64,000 nucleotides of DNA from Octopus vulgaris (taxonomy: Eukaryota), in assembly GCA_951406725.2 (NCBI GenBank), contig OX597814.1, forward strand, positions 160,022,001 through 160,086,000, written 5' to 3'. Under the pieces are notes generated by a model. That model was not told where the DNA came from. It worked only from the letters and a program-made list of their open reading frames with translations, and ran no database searches. Positions 26,553-39,420 of this stretch are shown in pieces. Position numbers and translations under genes: made by a program. Each line of letters opens with the position of its first letter. Position 1 is the first letter of the stretch.

Positions 26553-26941
26553 AATATATTATATACTGTTTGTGTACGGATCACTTAATCTGCCCTGCTA
26601 TGCCACGTACACATTACATCACAATCGCACGACAGTCAGGGGAGATGTAGTTCGGAATCCATTCACTGGGCTCTTTTACTTTTCTTTATTTACTTGTAAT
26701 TTTTTTTGTAATCTTAGAATTTTTGCTTTAAATCTTAGAATTTTTTGTTTTTAAATCTTAGCAGATAATTCATTCATACTTGAAAATCGTTTGTAGGCCA
26801 CTGCATGTCGTAAGAAATAATGCTTCAGTTGTGCTCATGACCACACGTTGTAAGGTATATTCAAGATTAAAGAAGTATTTGCTCCGAACATGTTTTGGTA
26901 TTCAAATATTTAAAGACTTTGGTGAAAATGAATCGGATATA

Positions 26942-27159
26942 TGAGGGTGTGCTGAAAAGTTCCTGGCTTTAAGGGTATCACCAAAGGCTTGGTTGGAGAC
27001 CTAACCTTCCGAGTTCTTTTACAAGGCTTGTAAAAACTGAAGGACCACTGCAGTAAGTGTGGGAATCTGAGAGGGGAATAAGTTGGATAAAATCATAATT
27101 AAGTGATCCCCCTGTATTTCCTTTTATCCAAAGCCAGGAACATTTTCAGCACCCCATTG
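26942..27159. mobile_element. Mariner-derived MITE
   Basis: TIRs tgagggtgtgctgaaaagttcctggcttt / aaagccaggaacattttcagcacccc; TA at both ends; internal KC.NLRGE-like transposase C-terminal remnant. Confidence 0.85.
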
Positions 27160-27386
27160 TATACATGCATTGGTTGGGCGAACAAGAATGTAAATTCAGT
27201 ATATAAAACTACGTAGGTGACTCAAGGGACTCAAGGATAATTGCGTCTGGTGGCAATTATCAAACTAAACTTTAAATCACAAATTTTCTCTCCCATGCTG
27301 TAAAAGTTCAATTTTATGATTTGTAACTTAGTTTGGAAAGTGCAATGCATGAAACTTTAGGCTCTTGAATTACTTATGTAGCTTTG

Positions 27387-27585
27387 CAGTGACCGCATGT
27401 GTATCGTTGGAGATTTTCTTTCTCCGTCTTCCCTTTTTTGAACTTTTTCTATATCTCTGATGAAGAGCTCCGCTCGAAACGTGATATTTTCTTTCTTTTC
27501 TTTCCTTTCCTGAGCGTCCAATAACACTGTACTTATTCCACGACCTCGCGTTGTTTTTTCTTACTTGTTCATGTTTGGATTGACT
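27387..27585 (+). mobile_element. Penelope-like terminal-repeat fragment with hammerhead motif (27451-27487)
   Basis: atatct-CTGATGAA-gagc-tcc-gctc-GAAAC-GT-gatat; homologous to 48787-48995. Confidence 0.8.
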
Positions 27586-28204
27586 GTGTATGTATGTATG
27601 TATGTATGTATGTATGTATGTATGTATGTATGTATGTATGTATGTATGTATGTATGTATGTGTGTGTGTCTGTGTATGTTTTGTGTATGTGTATGAGTGT
27701 ATGTATATATGTATGTGTGTGTGCATGTATGTATGTATGTATGTATGTATGTATGTATGTATGTATGTATATGTGTGTGTATGTTTGTATGTATGTGTGT
27801 TAGTTAGTTAGTTAGTTAGTTATTTGGCTCAAAAGCAAATAGCAAGGCCATGCATGTATGTGTGTGTATATGTATATATGTATGTATGCAAGCATGGACG
27901 CATGCATGCATGTATGTATGTATGTATGTATGCATGTATGTATGTATGTATGTATGTATGTATGTATGTATGTATGTATGTATGTATGTGTGTTTGTATT
28001 TATGTATGTAGGTTTGTGTGTATATGTATGTATGTATGCATGCATGGACGCATGCATGTATGTATGTATATATGTATGTATGCATGTATGTATGCATGTA
28101 TGTATGCATGTATGTATGTATGTATGTATGCATGCATGTATGTATGTGTGTATGTATGTGTGCATGTACGTAGGAGTCGTTATATAACAATTACGAACTA
28201 GTCT

Positions 28205-28390
28205 GGATATGTGTGTGTGGTAAACATGTTCGCTCCGCAACCACATTGTTTTGAGTTCGGTCCCACTATGTGGAGTGTTGGGCAAACGTCTTCTACTATA
28301 GCGTTGGAATAACCAGTCAGTGGTTTGTGAGAGAAATTAGTAAACGAAAACTATACGGAAGCCCGCCATGTATGTACACATATATGTGCG

Positions 28391-28453
<63 letters not shown>

Positions 28454-28635
28454 TGTATGTCACCTGTGTCTGTCATTACGTTGGCACCTATTAAAATCAC
28501 CTCTCCTTTTATGACTTGTAAGCGGTTCGGCAAATAAATCAATCAATAAGTTAGGCTTCAAAATTAAAATAAATACTGGGATCGACAAAATTGGCTGAAA
28601 CTTTTTAAGGCGATACCCCCAACATGGCTCCAGTC
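28205..28635 (+). mobile_element. Degenerate OR1-like SINE with internal (TG)n
   Basis: GTGTGGTAA..CAACCACAT..TTGGGCAA..TCTTCTACTATAGC..AGCGGTTCGGCAAA blocks. Confidence 0.75.
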
Positions 28636-29639
28636 CAAGCAGAAAAATAAAAGAAATATTTCATAAGTTATCCGGAAAAACTACAATCGTGCTAATATGA
28701 AAATAAACTGCTTTCATACGATGTTATTTCTTTATGTATTTATCTGGTTACAAAGTACACTCACCAACCGTAAAAGAAATATTTGGTGTAAACTTATGTT
28801 AATGAAGCCAAATCGAATTTCACCTGACTGCAAGTGTTACTTATTCTATTGGTAGCTATCACAAAGCTAATTGTACTAGTATTGTCTGGAAATTTTAACA
28901 ACATTTATTCTGTACACATTACTAAATATGTCATCAAAGAAGATTTTTCACTAGAATTTATCCATAACAAATTCAACTGAATTCTTATTTCTGAAAAGAA
29001 AAGAGGAAAAAAAATTTTCTTTTATTCGAGTAATGTTAAAATTAAACTATAAAGCTTTTTCAATGTTTCCTAGCAATATAACTATAAAAATAAATTTACT
29101 TTTTCCATGAGATATTTTTTTGTAAACTAATATTAATTTAGTAAAATACACAGTAAAATATATTTTTGAAACCGTCTATCTTGGCTACATGCTAAGTATA
29201 AAAAAAATTCAATTTCTTCAGAATTTGCTGACTGCACAGTAAAATCTATTGGTACGAGGAGTGAAAAAGCTGGCAATTTGGATTAAGACTTGTGTTTGGA
29301 ATCCCATGGCCTATTGAGTTGTAGCTCCACTATAGATTTTGTCTTTGAGTAATCTGCATGTCATCACCCTCTAAGCCAGAATACACCGATCTTTTTACTT
29401 TTGATGAACCTTTGAAGTGCAGTACATTCCATATTTCGGAATTTTACTCTCTCTTTTACTCTTTTACTTGTTTCAGTCATTTGACTGCGGCCCGGGGCTA
29501 TAGCAGAAGACACTTGCCCAAGATGCCACGCAGTGGGACTGAACCCAGCAACGCCGGGTCATAGTGCTAATGCATACACATACAGCTGCGTGCATGCGCA
29601 CATACACGCGAGTACTGTCCAAACCTCCGACCAGTCACA

Positions 29640-29910
29640 TAAATCTAGCTGGCATTCAATTGGCGTATCAAGTTTCGGGCATTTTGATTGGGATTTGGAT
29701 AGAAAATTCACAAAAATATCACTTCTATTGATTTTTTTAATGGCTTTGCGGGGTGACTGGAGAAATATAAAGATGTGCACGACCACCCTTGGACGGTTTT
29801 GAATGACTATAGAAAGTGCGAGCCCTCTAACTGAAAACTTGTGGATTTGTATAAAGGATACACACACACACAGAGGCAGACATTTTGCCGTTTATATATA
29901 TATATACATA
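29640..29910 (-). mobile_element. Possible non-autonomous Helitron-like 5' portion
   Basis: Minus strand begins (TA)n-AAACGGCAAAATGTCTG-(TG)n, a layout typical of invertebrate non-autonomous Helitron-like repeats; no 3' hairpin or CTAG end confirmed. Confidence 0.35.
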
Positions 29911-29912
29911 TA

Positions 29913-30091
29913 CAGTAATCCCTCGCCATATCACGGTTCACCTATCGCGCACTCTGTACATCGCGTATATCGCGGAATCCTCAGTACATCGCGGGTTTCT
30001 GCGGCCGATAGGCATTTATATCTTTTTAGACTTGAATTATTTCTATGGGAGGTTTTGGAACGTAACACCCGCGATAGTCGAAGGATTACTG
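29913..30091. mobile_element. Tigger/pogo-like MITE (179 bp)
   Basis: TIRs cagtaatccctcgccatatc / gatagtcgaaggattactg with TA TSD at 29911-29912 and 30092-30093. Confidence 0.9.
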
Positions 30092-30142
30092 TATACATAC
30101 ATACATACATACATACATACATACATACATACATACATACAT

Positions 30143-30173
<31 letters not shown>

Positions 30174-30188
30174 AAAGGTCAATATATG

Positions 30189-30258
<70 letters not shown>

Positions 30259-30310
30259 GGAGTGTGTGTGTATATTTAGATAGATAGATAGTGAGAGAGG
30301 GGGGAGAGAG

Positions 30311-30364
<54 letters not shown>

Positions 30365-30685
30365 TGACCTTTTCCTTTTCTGTCATAAATTAATATTCTA
30401 TGAGAGATTTAACTCAAAACTGTTTTTGAAAGGTTTGACAATGCTAAATCTACGCAACGCCATAAAGAAGGTTTAAGAAATTTCATTTTAGCAAACCAAG
30501 ACAAATGCATTTGCGTCACACTTGTCTATTTATCACTAATTTTCGGGATTGGGCTCAGAGTCTAATCTGTCTCTCGACATAGCTATAAGCTGGTTCTGTA
30601 TTCCACGTGATTGTCACCAGAGGTTTGGGTGTTAACTGGAGCCTAAAGTATTTTCTGATCCGTGTATTAAATACACGCAGAACAG

Positions 30686-31603
30686 AGCGAGCCGGCAGAA
30701 TCGTTAGCAGGCCGGGCAAAATGCTTAGCAGCATTTCGTTCGCCTTTACGTTTTGAGTTCAAATGCCGCCGAGGTCGATTTTTGCCTCTCATTCTTTCGG
30801 AATCAAACACAGAATACTACTGTTCCTATGTTTTTTCACTCATTCGGGGTATCATATTTTATATTAAAGATTTTACACTCTCCAAGTAATTTCTGCAACT
30901 ATACAGAACACTGTTATAAACGTAACCTTTCTCGAAATTGCTGGCCTGGTGCCAACATTTTAAATCAATATTTTGCGTGGGAGTTAAGTCGGTGAGCTGG
31001 CGGAAACGTTAGCACGCTGGGCGAAATGCTTAGCTGTATTTCGTCTGCCGTTACGTTCTGAGTTCAAATTCCGCCGAGGTCGACTTTGCCTTTCATCCTT
31101 TCGAGGTCGATAAATTAAGTACCAGTTACGCACTGGGGTCGATGTAATCGACTTAATCTGCTTGCCTGTCCTTGTCTGTCCTCTCTTTGTTTAGCCCCTT
31201 GTGGGTAGTAAAGAAATAGGTATTTCGTCTGTCTTTACGTTCTCAGTTCAAATTACTCCGAGGTCGACTCTGCCTTTCATCTTTTCGGGGTCGATAAATC
31301 AAGTACCAGTTAGTACTGGGGTCGATCTAATCGACTACCCCCCACCACCACCACCACCACCATAAAAAAAAAAATTCGGGTCTTGTGCCTAGAGTAGAAA
31401 AGAATCGTTAACACGCCGGGCAAAATGTTCAGCAGCATTTCGCCCTTCTTTACATTCTGAGTTCAAATTCCGCCGAAGCCGACTTTGCCTTTCATCTTTT
31501 CTAGGTCGGTAAAGTAAGCTCTAGTTGAACACTGGGGTCGTTGTGATCCACTCATTCCCTTCTCTGAACATGCTGGCCTTGTGCCAAATTTGAAACCAAT
31601 ATT
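30686..31603 (+). mobile_element. Cluster of OK-like SINEs including a head-to-tail trimer (30988-31603) with three different tails
   Basis: Unit 1 ends GTGGGTAGTAAAGAAATA; unit 2 (from 31219) ends GTGCCTAGAGTAGAAAAGAAT; unit 3 (from ~31401) ends GTGCCAAATTTGAAACCAATATT. Confidence 0.9.
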
Positions 31604-31689
31604 CCAGGTGCAATTTTGAACATTTAAAAAATGCTAAATTCTAGTATAGCTTCTAGCACTTACTGCAGCCTCCGCTGTTGTTGCTGCTG

Positions 31690-32189
31690 CTACCCCTCCT
31701 CTTCTTCCTCTTTTTCCTCGTCTTCCTCCTCGTCTTCTTCTTCGTCTTCCTCTTCCTCGTCTTCTTCCTCTTCCTCCTCGTCTTCCTCTTCCTCCTCGTC
31801 TTCTTCCTCTTCCTCTTCGACTTCCTCTTCGTCTTCCTCTTCCTCCTCGTCTTCCTTGACTTCCTCTTCGTCTTCTTCGTCTTCCTCTTCGTCTTCTTCC
31901 TCGTCTTCCTCCTCGTCTTCCGCTTCGTCTTCCTCCTCGTCTTCCGCTTCGTCTTCCCCCTCGTCTTCCTCCTCGCCTTCCTTCTCGTCTTCCTCCTCCT
32001 TCTCCTCCTCCTCTTCGTCTTCCTCTTCGTCTTCCTCTTCGTCTTCCTCTTCGTCTTCCTCTTCGTCTTCCTCCTTGTCTTCTTCGTCTTCCTCTTCGTC
32101 TTCTTCTTCGTCTTCATCCTCGTCTTCCTCCTCCTTCTCATCCTCTTCCTCCCCTTCCTCCTCATTTTCCTCCCCTCCCCCTCCTCCTC

Positions 32190-32259
<70 letters not shown>

Positions 32260-32283
32260 AACCACGAATGCTGCTGCTGCTGC
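31690..32283. repeat. (TCT/TCC/TCG)n then (ACT)n trinucleotide low-complexity array
   Basis: Directly visible; several frames on both strands are open. Confidence 0.9.
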
Positions 32284-32852
32284 ATAAATTACAGTCGCCA
32301 ACACCATCTGCATTTGTTTGTGCCCTTTTGACCAGTATTGCTACTTATCACTTTATCCGTGTAACGTCAAACAAAAATATTAACCTTGTTCTCATTTAGT
32401 ACAACCAAATATCGTTTATCATAAAGATAATAGCGATGTCGTTCAGTTTCTCTGGATTCTTTTTCGAAACTGCTCTTCAATACAGGCCAGAAGTTTAACA
32501 CTAAAATGATTCAATTAAGAAATAATATCAGATGTTTGATGGACTTTTCGCTCAACCTCGTCCGTCTGGAAATGTCAATAAGCAGATGAGAGCGGCAATA
32601 AACTTATTGACTGCAACGGCATTACTAACACAACACAGAGTTGGCAGTGTTAACAAACCCGAGGCGACTTCAGATTCATTGAGAAGTGCTGACACAGCAG
32701 CCATTCAATGGAAATTGACTGGGTCAATATTTGAGGAGCGGGAGTTAATTTAATTATAATGGGCCGTGACACTTTTTCTTTCTCCACCCATTATCGTAGA
32801 AAATGCGCATTGTTCATCGTCGTCGTCGTCATCGTCGATGTTGTTGTTGTTG

Positions 32853-32884
<32 letters not shown>

Positions 32885-32885
32885 G

Positions 32886-33438
32886 AGTGAGAGAGCAGTT
32901 CATGCCATCAAAGTGACACTGGGGTAAAATATACGAAGCCCAATATACCCATCATGACTACCCGTCTGATAAAGGTACACCAGGCACATGCATCACAACC
33001 ATATGTGCGCGACATGGTGATCTCATATCAAGATAAACAGCACATGACCTTGCAGGTGGGGCCCAGTTAGAATTTTCTTCAGGTCGAGTAGCCCATCCCA
33101 CTCAAACGGTCCCTGAATAAGGGTTGTTTAAGGATGTTGAAAGAACCACCCATGTTTCCAGAGGTGAACTATTCAAACCCCAAAGAATCCCTCTCAACAC
33201 ATGGCTATGATGCTCCCCCACTACTTCTGCTCGTGATCAGAGATGCACATATCGTCAGCCACTAAGGGACATGCTCAACTGGTTAAGGTCAAACAACTGA
33301 CAAGCAAATCTGTGGTATTGAGCAGAATATTTGCTGTAGCCCATCTTTTATACCAAGACAAAACAATGTACATGATAACACTTCCAATCAGTTAAGATCA
33401 GAAGCCATGAGAGCCACTGCCTGGTACTGCATCAGGGC

Positions 33439-33440
<2 letters not shown>
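32886..33440 (-). mobile_element. Non-coding ~555-bp element inserted within a (TAA)n tract
   Basis: Complex sequence sharply bounded by (TTA)n on both sides; no ORF, tRNA head or TIR seen. Strand inferred from the target orientation of the Dong elements. Confidence 0.6.
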
Positions 33441-33496
<56 letters not shown>

Positions 33497-33659
33497 GTTA
33501 TTGTTATTATTATTCGTTCACAACTTTGATTACATTTCCTAATCTAACTGGTTCCCGTCTCCTTTATTGAATGCAGATTCGCTGAGATGCGAAATATGGC
33601 TAATAATGACAGGCCGTAAGGTTTTATGTAGATAGAAAATAAAGGAAAATAAATATGCA

Positions 33660-34445
33660 AAGGAAGAAAGAAAGAAAGAAAGGAAGAAAGAAAGAAAAGA
33701 AGAAAGAAAGAAAGGAAGAAAGAAAGAAAGGAGAGAGAAATAAAGGAGGAAAGAAAGAAAGAAAGAAAGAAAGAAAGAAGGAAAGAAAGAAAGAAAGAAA
33801 CAAGGAAAGAAAGAAAGAAAGACGAGAGAAAGAAAGGAGGAACGAAAGAAAGAAAGGAGGAAAGAAAGAAAGAAAGACAGAAAACAAGGAAAGAAAGAAA
33901 GAGAGAAAGAAAGAAGGAAAGAAAAAAAGAAACAAGGAAAGAAAGAAAGAAAGACGAGAGAAAGAAAGGAGGAAAGAAAGAAAGAAGGAAAGAAAGAAAG
34001 AAAGAAAAAAAGAAAGAAGGAAAGAAAAAGAGAAAGAAAGAGAGAAAGAAGGAAAGAAAGAAAGAAACAAGGAAAGAAAGAAAGAGAGAAAGAAAGAAGG
34101 AAAGAAAGAAAGAAACAAGGAAAGAAAGAAAGAAATACGAGAGAAAGAAAGGAGGAAAGAAAGAAAGAAAGAAGGAAATAAATAAAGAAAGAAGGAAATA
34201 AATAAAGAAAGAAGGAAATAAATAAAGAAAGAAGGAAATAAATAAAGAAAGAAACAAGGAAAGAAAGAGAGAAAGAAAGAAAGAAAGAGAGAAAGAAGGA
34301 AAGAAAGAAAGAAAGAAAGAAAGAAAGAAGAGAGAAAGAAAGAAAGCAGAAAGAAAGAAGGATAAAGGAAGGAAGGAAGAAAGAAGCAAATAAAGAAAGA
34401 AATAAAAAAGAAAGAAAGAAAGAAAGGAAGAAAGAAAGAAAGAAT
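33660..34445. repeat. Polypurine (GAAA)n-derived array
   Basis: Directly visible. Confidence 0.95.
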
Positions 34446-35701
34446 GAAAAGGCAAGCGATGACTTTTCAAGGCAAAGAGTGATTTGAAGAGATTGTTTTG
34501 AGGGGAATTGTCTTTGAGGTTCTCACTAGTCACTGAAATAAAGAAATAACTGTTAAAATAATAGAAATGTGTGTTTCTACTTTGAAAGGTTTGAGTTTAA
34601 CTAAAAGAAAAAGAAAATAATAAAAATGAAAATAAAAATCTTCAAGCGATTACTATTTCTATAAGATCAGACCTGATGTCCTTCAAAAATGAATGAATAA
34701 GATAAAATAAAATAAAATAAAATAAAATAAAATAAAATAAAATGAATAAATAAATAGTCGTCGGCATCATCTCCATTTGTTTGTTGGGACTTTAAAATTT
34801 TTAATTTTTTTAAGCTTCTTAATGCAAAGTAAAATAAAGAAAAAGTAAGAATTATTTTATCAAATCATGATGATGATCAACATCATCATCATTATCATCA
34901 TCATCCTGTCGTACAAGTTCCAACGTCTTTTAACAACAACAAATCAACAACGACGACTAAATGGAAAGTCGGCCAGCTAGCAATAGCAGCCAAATCCTCA
35001 AATCACACCTACCGTTTTAAAGATAACAGGGTTAAATGTTTTGTCCTAGATGGAATGGTCCTGCGTGCGTTGAAGGCATTTGATCATAGGTATACTGGTT
35101 CAGCGTTGATTTAGGTTTTTACAACAACAACAACAACAACAGTTGTAGCAGCAGCAGCAACAACAACAACAACAACAACAACAAAATATTGTCCACCGAA
35201 CAGTTTAATGACTTTTATTTGTCTTTTATATTTTTACTTGTTTCCCAGAGTGGACTGCGGCTATGCTGGGGAATCGTTTTGAAGGACTTAATCGAACAAA
35301 TTGACCCCTGTACTTACTTTTAAAGCTTAGTACTTATCATATCACTGCCTTTTGCCAGTTATGGGGACATAAACAAACAAAAACTGGTTATCAAGTTGTG
35401 GTACGGAATCCAAATTCACAACACACATGTACGTATCCTTATGCGTACACTGTCATGTAAGCTTTTTGTGTGATATTTTTTGTATTGTATACAGGGTTAG
35501 CAAGGACCCATCTATGCAATAAATGTATCTTTTAGGTGTTTTATAATTTGGGGCCCGTCTCAGTGTTCCTTTTGACCTCCGTTTGGTCGTTCATCAGATC
35601 CATCTAGGTCGTGGTTCAGAAATACCATTAATATCAAGAATTCCAAAACGAGAGTTTTTTGGTGAAAGACTTTCAGTTCTTACTGTGTGTGTGTTTGCGT
35701 G

Positions 35702-35767
<66 letters not shown>

Positions 35768-36589
35768 TGTGTACGTGTGTGTGTGTGTGTGTGTATGAAT
35801 ATTAGGTTGAGTAAAAAGTAAGCAACGTTTGAACCATGAAGTATTTGTACCGGATTTTTGCAGTACTCCAGCTCCGTTTGTCTCCTCGCTTGACTCATGA
35901 TTTTAAGGTTAGATATCCTCTTCCATATGCTCTGCACTGGTCAGAAGAGCATAGAGCCTCTCACTCTTTGGCCAGGGCTTCCTCCAACTCTTCTTTCGTG
36001 TTTACATGGAAATCCTCCCCATTGTTTGAAAACCGAAGCACGTCACATTTCTCTCCGTACTTTCTTGGGTAAATTTTTTGTGCAAGGAATCCTCGTCTAT
36101 TCTTTCACCTATTGAACTAATATTCCCCACACTCTTCTGTTTTGTGTTTTATTTTTGTTGTACAACAGTACATTAAAACTTGAATTTTTTGTTTGTCTGT
36201 TTAATGATTTTCATAGTTTATTTCTTGCTTTCCACTTGATAATAATTTAAAAGTGAGTATGTTTATGTTTATGTTTATGTTACTGAGGTCATTGCTACCA
36301 GACGTCTCATCCGTCAACTGTAGATGCCATTTTGAACAATAAACAATACAAATGGCAATTTGTCAAAAATATCTAATCAGTTTAAAAAGCTTATAGACAG
36401 AGCTTTCTTCTACCTGTGGTGATAGTGAACTTTCTGTTGCTTGAAGGTCCTCCATCATCACAGGTAGGAGTCTTTTTGTTTTTTGTAAAGCAATCCGGTT
36501 AAAAATTAGTTTTTTGATCTCAGAAATCTCCATAAAGAAAACAATGCTACATTTATAACAAATGGTAGTTTGCAATTTTAGCACAGGGC

Positions 36590-36770
36590 CAGTAGTTCTG
36601 AGGCCAGGAGTCAAGTCAATTACATCGGCCGCAGTATTTGACTAGTGTTTTATTTTATCGACCCCGAAAAGCCAGGTTGAGGCCAGCAGGATTTGGGTTT
36701 AGATTTGAGCCCAACGAAATGCCACTACGCCTTTTGTCTGAGGTAATAATGATTCTGCCTTGTTCCCGAC
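36590..36770 (-). mobile_element. Degenerate OK-like SINE
   Basis: ttttatcgaccccgaaa and neighbouring OK blocks. Confidence 0.65.
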
Positions 36771-36879
36771 TTAACAACAACAACAACAACAATAATGTGC
36801 GGAATTATCTACCTAAAAGGAGGCAAGGCACAGTCCCTAGCAGGGATAGAATTACCGAATAGAGACTTGGTTAAACAAA

Positions 36880-38132
36880 TTGAAACTGAAGGATACTTGG
36901 TGTACTGGAGTCCAACGAGATAATGGAAAAGGAAATGAAAGAGCAACTGAAGATGGAATATTTCCGAAGACTAAGGTAGTGTTGCGCTCAAAATTGACGG
37001 GATGGAATAAAATCCAAACAGTTAATACGTGGGCGATAGCATCACTTCGCTATGGAGCGGGAAATATAAAATGACAAAAGAGAGAAGTGAAGAAAATGGA
37101 TATCAAGACCAGAAAAATGTTGATAGTACACGGAGCCTTCTACCCTAAGAGTGACACCGATAGGCTGTACTTGTCTAGAAGAAAGGGTGGGAGATGTTTG
37201 ATCAGTTGCCAAGGCTGTATCGAAGCAGAGGAAAACAGCTTAGTGTGGTGTATAAAAAAACGCCATGGAGCTACTGTTGAAACACACGAAAGAAAAACTT
37301 AAACAAGAAATGAACAAGAAATTTAAACAGGAAAAGAAAATGTATTGTCAGTTTGCAAGAGATGTGAACGTCAAGACAGATACAGAGGACCGGTGGCTAT
37401 GGATGAGAAGGAGTGACCTGAAGATAGGGACAGCTCAGGAACAAGCGTTAAGGACCAACTATATGAAGTGCAGAATAGACTATATTACCGATAGCAACAA
37501 ATTCAGAATGTGTGGTGAGTGTGGTGAAACGGTATGACACATCATTAGCGAATGCCCGAAATTGGCACAACGCAAATACAAAAGACACTATGATAATGTA
37601 GCAAGAATAATCCACTGGGAGCTCTATGGAAATCATGGCCTACAAAGAACAAAGACGTGGTATCAGAAAACTCCAGAAGGAGTCACCGAAAATGAGAATT
37701 GCAAAATCCTATGGGATGCAATGATTCAGTGCGATCACCTGACCAGACGTCGGAAACCGGACATTGTCATGGTGAATAAAAAAGAAAGAACATGTATGAT
37801 AATCGACATAGGATCAATGACAACAGGATCAATGTGAAAGAAAAAAATAAAATAAACAACTAATACGAAGTTTGTGGTCAATGAAGAGAGTAGACGTGAT
37901 ATCTATAGTAATCGGTGTACTTGGAAGCATCAGCACTCGACTACCAGCATGGGTGAAAAAGATCGGTGCAATGTAAAGGTAAAACACCTACAAAGCATTA
38001 CTTAGAACTGCAAGAATTCTTCGCAGTGTTCTTGAAGCATGACCAGTAAACAAGTGTCAACTTAGTCTGCTGGTTGTGGACAGCTGACACTTTCCATCAT
38101 ACCCAGCAAAATAAGCTGAAAGTTTTCATCAA

Positions 38133-38133
<1 letters not shown>
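36880..38133 (+). mobile_element. Dong/R4-clade LINE 3' portion ending at (TAA)n
   Basis: LRSKLTGWNKIQTVNTWAI, PKSDTDRLYLSRRKGGR, AQEQALRTN, RMCGECGETV.HIISEC, RKPDIVMVNK..CMIID; 3' end runs into (TAA)n at 38134. Confidence 0.9.
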
Positions 38134-38211
<78 letters not shown>

Positions 38212-38352
38212 AAAGAAGAAGAACAAGAACAAGAAGAACAAGAAGAAGAACAAGAAGAAGAACAAGAACAAGAAGAACAAGAAGAACAAGAAGAAGAAGA
38301 ACAACAACAACAACAATAACAACAACAATAACAACAACAATAACAATAATAA

Positions 38353-38930
38353 CCAAAGAGCTGAGAAGAAAAAAGAAGACCTTGAAATGAGAATGCATGG
38401 ACAGTTTGAAAGGAATACACAAGACGTTAAGGATAACACAGCATTGTGGGCATGGCTTGAGCGAGGTGATTTGAAGCGTACCACTGAAAGCCTGATCATT
38501 GTTGCACAAGACCAGGCTCTTGCTACCAATACAGTGAAGTATAACATCTATAAAACTTCTGACACCCAGAAATGCAGACTCTGTGGAAAGAGCATGGAAA
38601 ATATGACCCACTTGGTAAGTGGATGTGAGAGCCTTGCACAAAAAGAATACAAGCGCTTCCACGATAAAGTGTGCGTATCTTCATTGGCTCTTATGCCGTA
38701 AATACCAATATGAAGTAACAGAGAACTGGTATGAACATGTACCAAGTAAAGTTATGCAGAAGGATGGAACGGATCATGTAATCGAACACCGTCGACCGGA
38801 TATTGTCATATTGAGTAAGAGAGACAAATACTGTCAGATCATTGATGTAGCCATACCAAATGACATGAATGTTGTGAGTAAAGAGGTTGAAAAAATCACC
38901 AAGTACTCCGAATTAAAAGTGGAAATGTTT
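38353..38930 (+). mobile_element. Second Dong/R4-clade LINE fragment (distinct family)
   Basis: MHGQF..WLERGDLKRTTESLIIVAQDQAL..CRLCGKSMENMTHLVSGC; RRPDIVILSK..CQIIDVAIP..KEVEKITKYSEL. Confidence 0.9.
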
Positions 38931-39229
38931 GTTGGCTTGTTTGTTGTCTTATGTCAAACAATAGCTACTGCGTGTCGAATGTAGAATAGAAATGAAATGG
39001 TACAAAAATCTCTGAAAACGACAAAGCAAATGTATTCTGGAATATGTTCATCAATACAGATAATGAGATGGACTGATCTACTGGATAGTGTTACCAAGGA
39101 CTACCCATGTTGGAAAGTACCTCCTAAACGTAGTAGCTGTTAGACGCACAATATTTTCTTTTTGATGATTTATTCCAGGGGAAGGGATTATGTTTAGGGG
39201 AGAGGCCTGGTCGATTACTTCGACCTCAG

Positions 39230-39420
39230 GCTCTTCGAGAAATCGTATCTCTAAAAGATATGAAGAAATAATTCAAATATAAGGACATGGAAATAGAGAT
39301 AACTAGAATGTGGGTAGAATGAACAGAAATATTCCTTAATAGTAATAGATGAGAATAATTAAAACAATGCAGAAAAACAGATAAGTATATACTTGAAACC
39401 TCAAGAGTTACAAATAAAAG
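39230..39420 (+). mobile_element. Small Dong/R4 RLE C-terminal remnant
   Basis: KYKDMEIEITRMW matches KYKDLEIEISKMW at ~55650. Confidence 0.6.

Noticed and set aside
31690-32313. Acidic Glu/Asp-rich (or poly-Ser) ORF of more than 200 aa
   Set aside because: Trinucleotide array open in several frames on both strands, with no unique coding flank or splice signals.
33544-34533. 329-aa F/L/S ORF and K/E/R ORF on the opposite strand
   Set aside because: Artefact of the (GAAA)n polypurine array.
35800-36560. Possible mariner TIR or LINE ORF1 remnant
   Set aside because: No partner TIR found and no diagnostic protein motif recognised; left unannotated.
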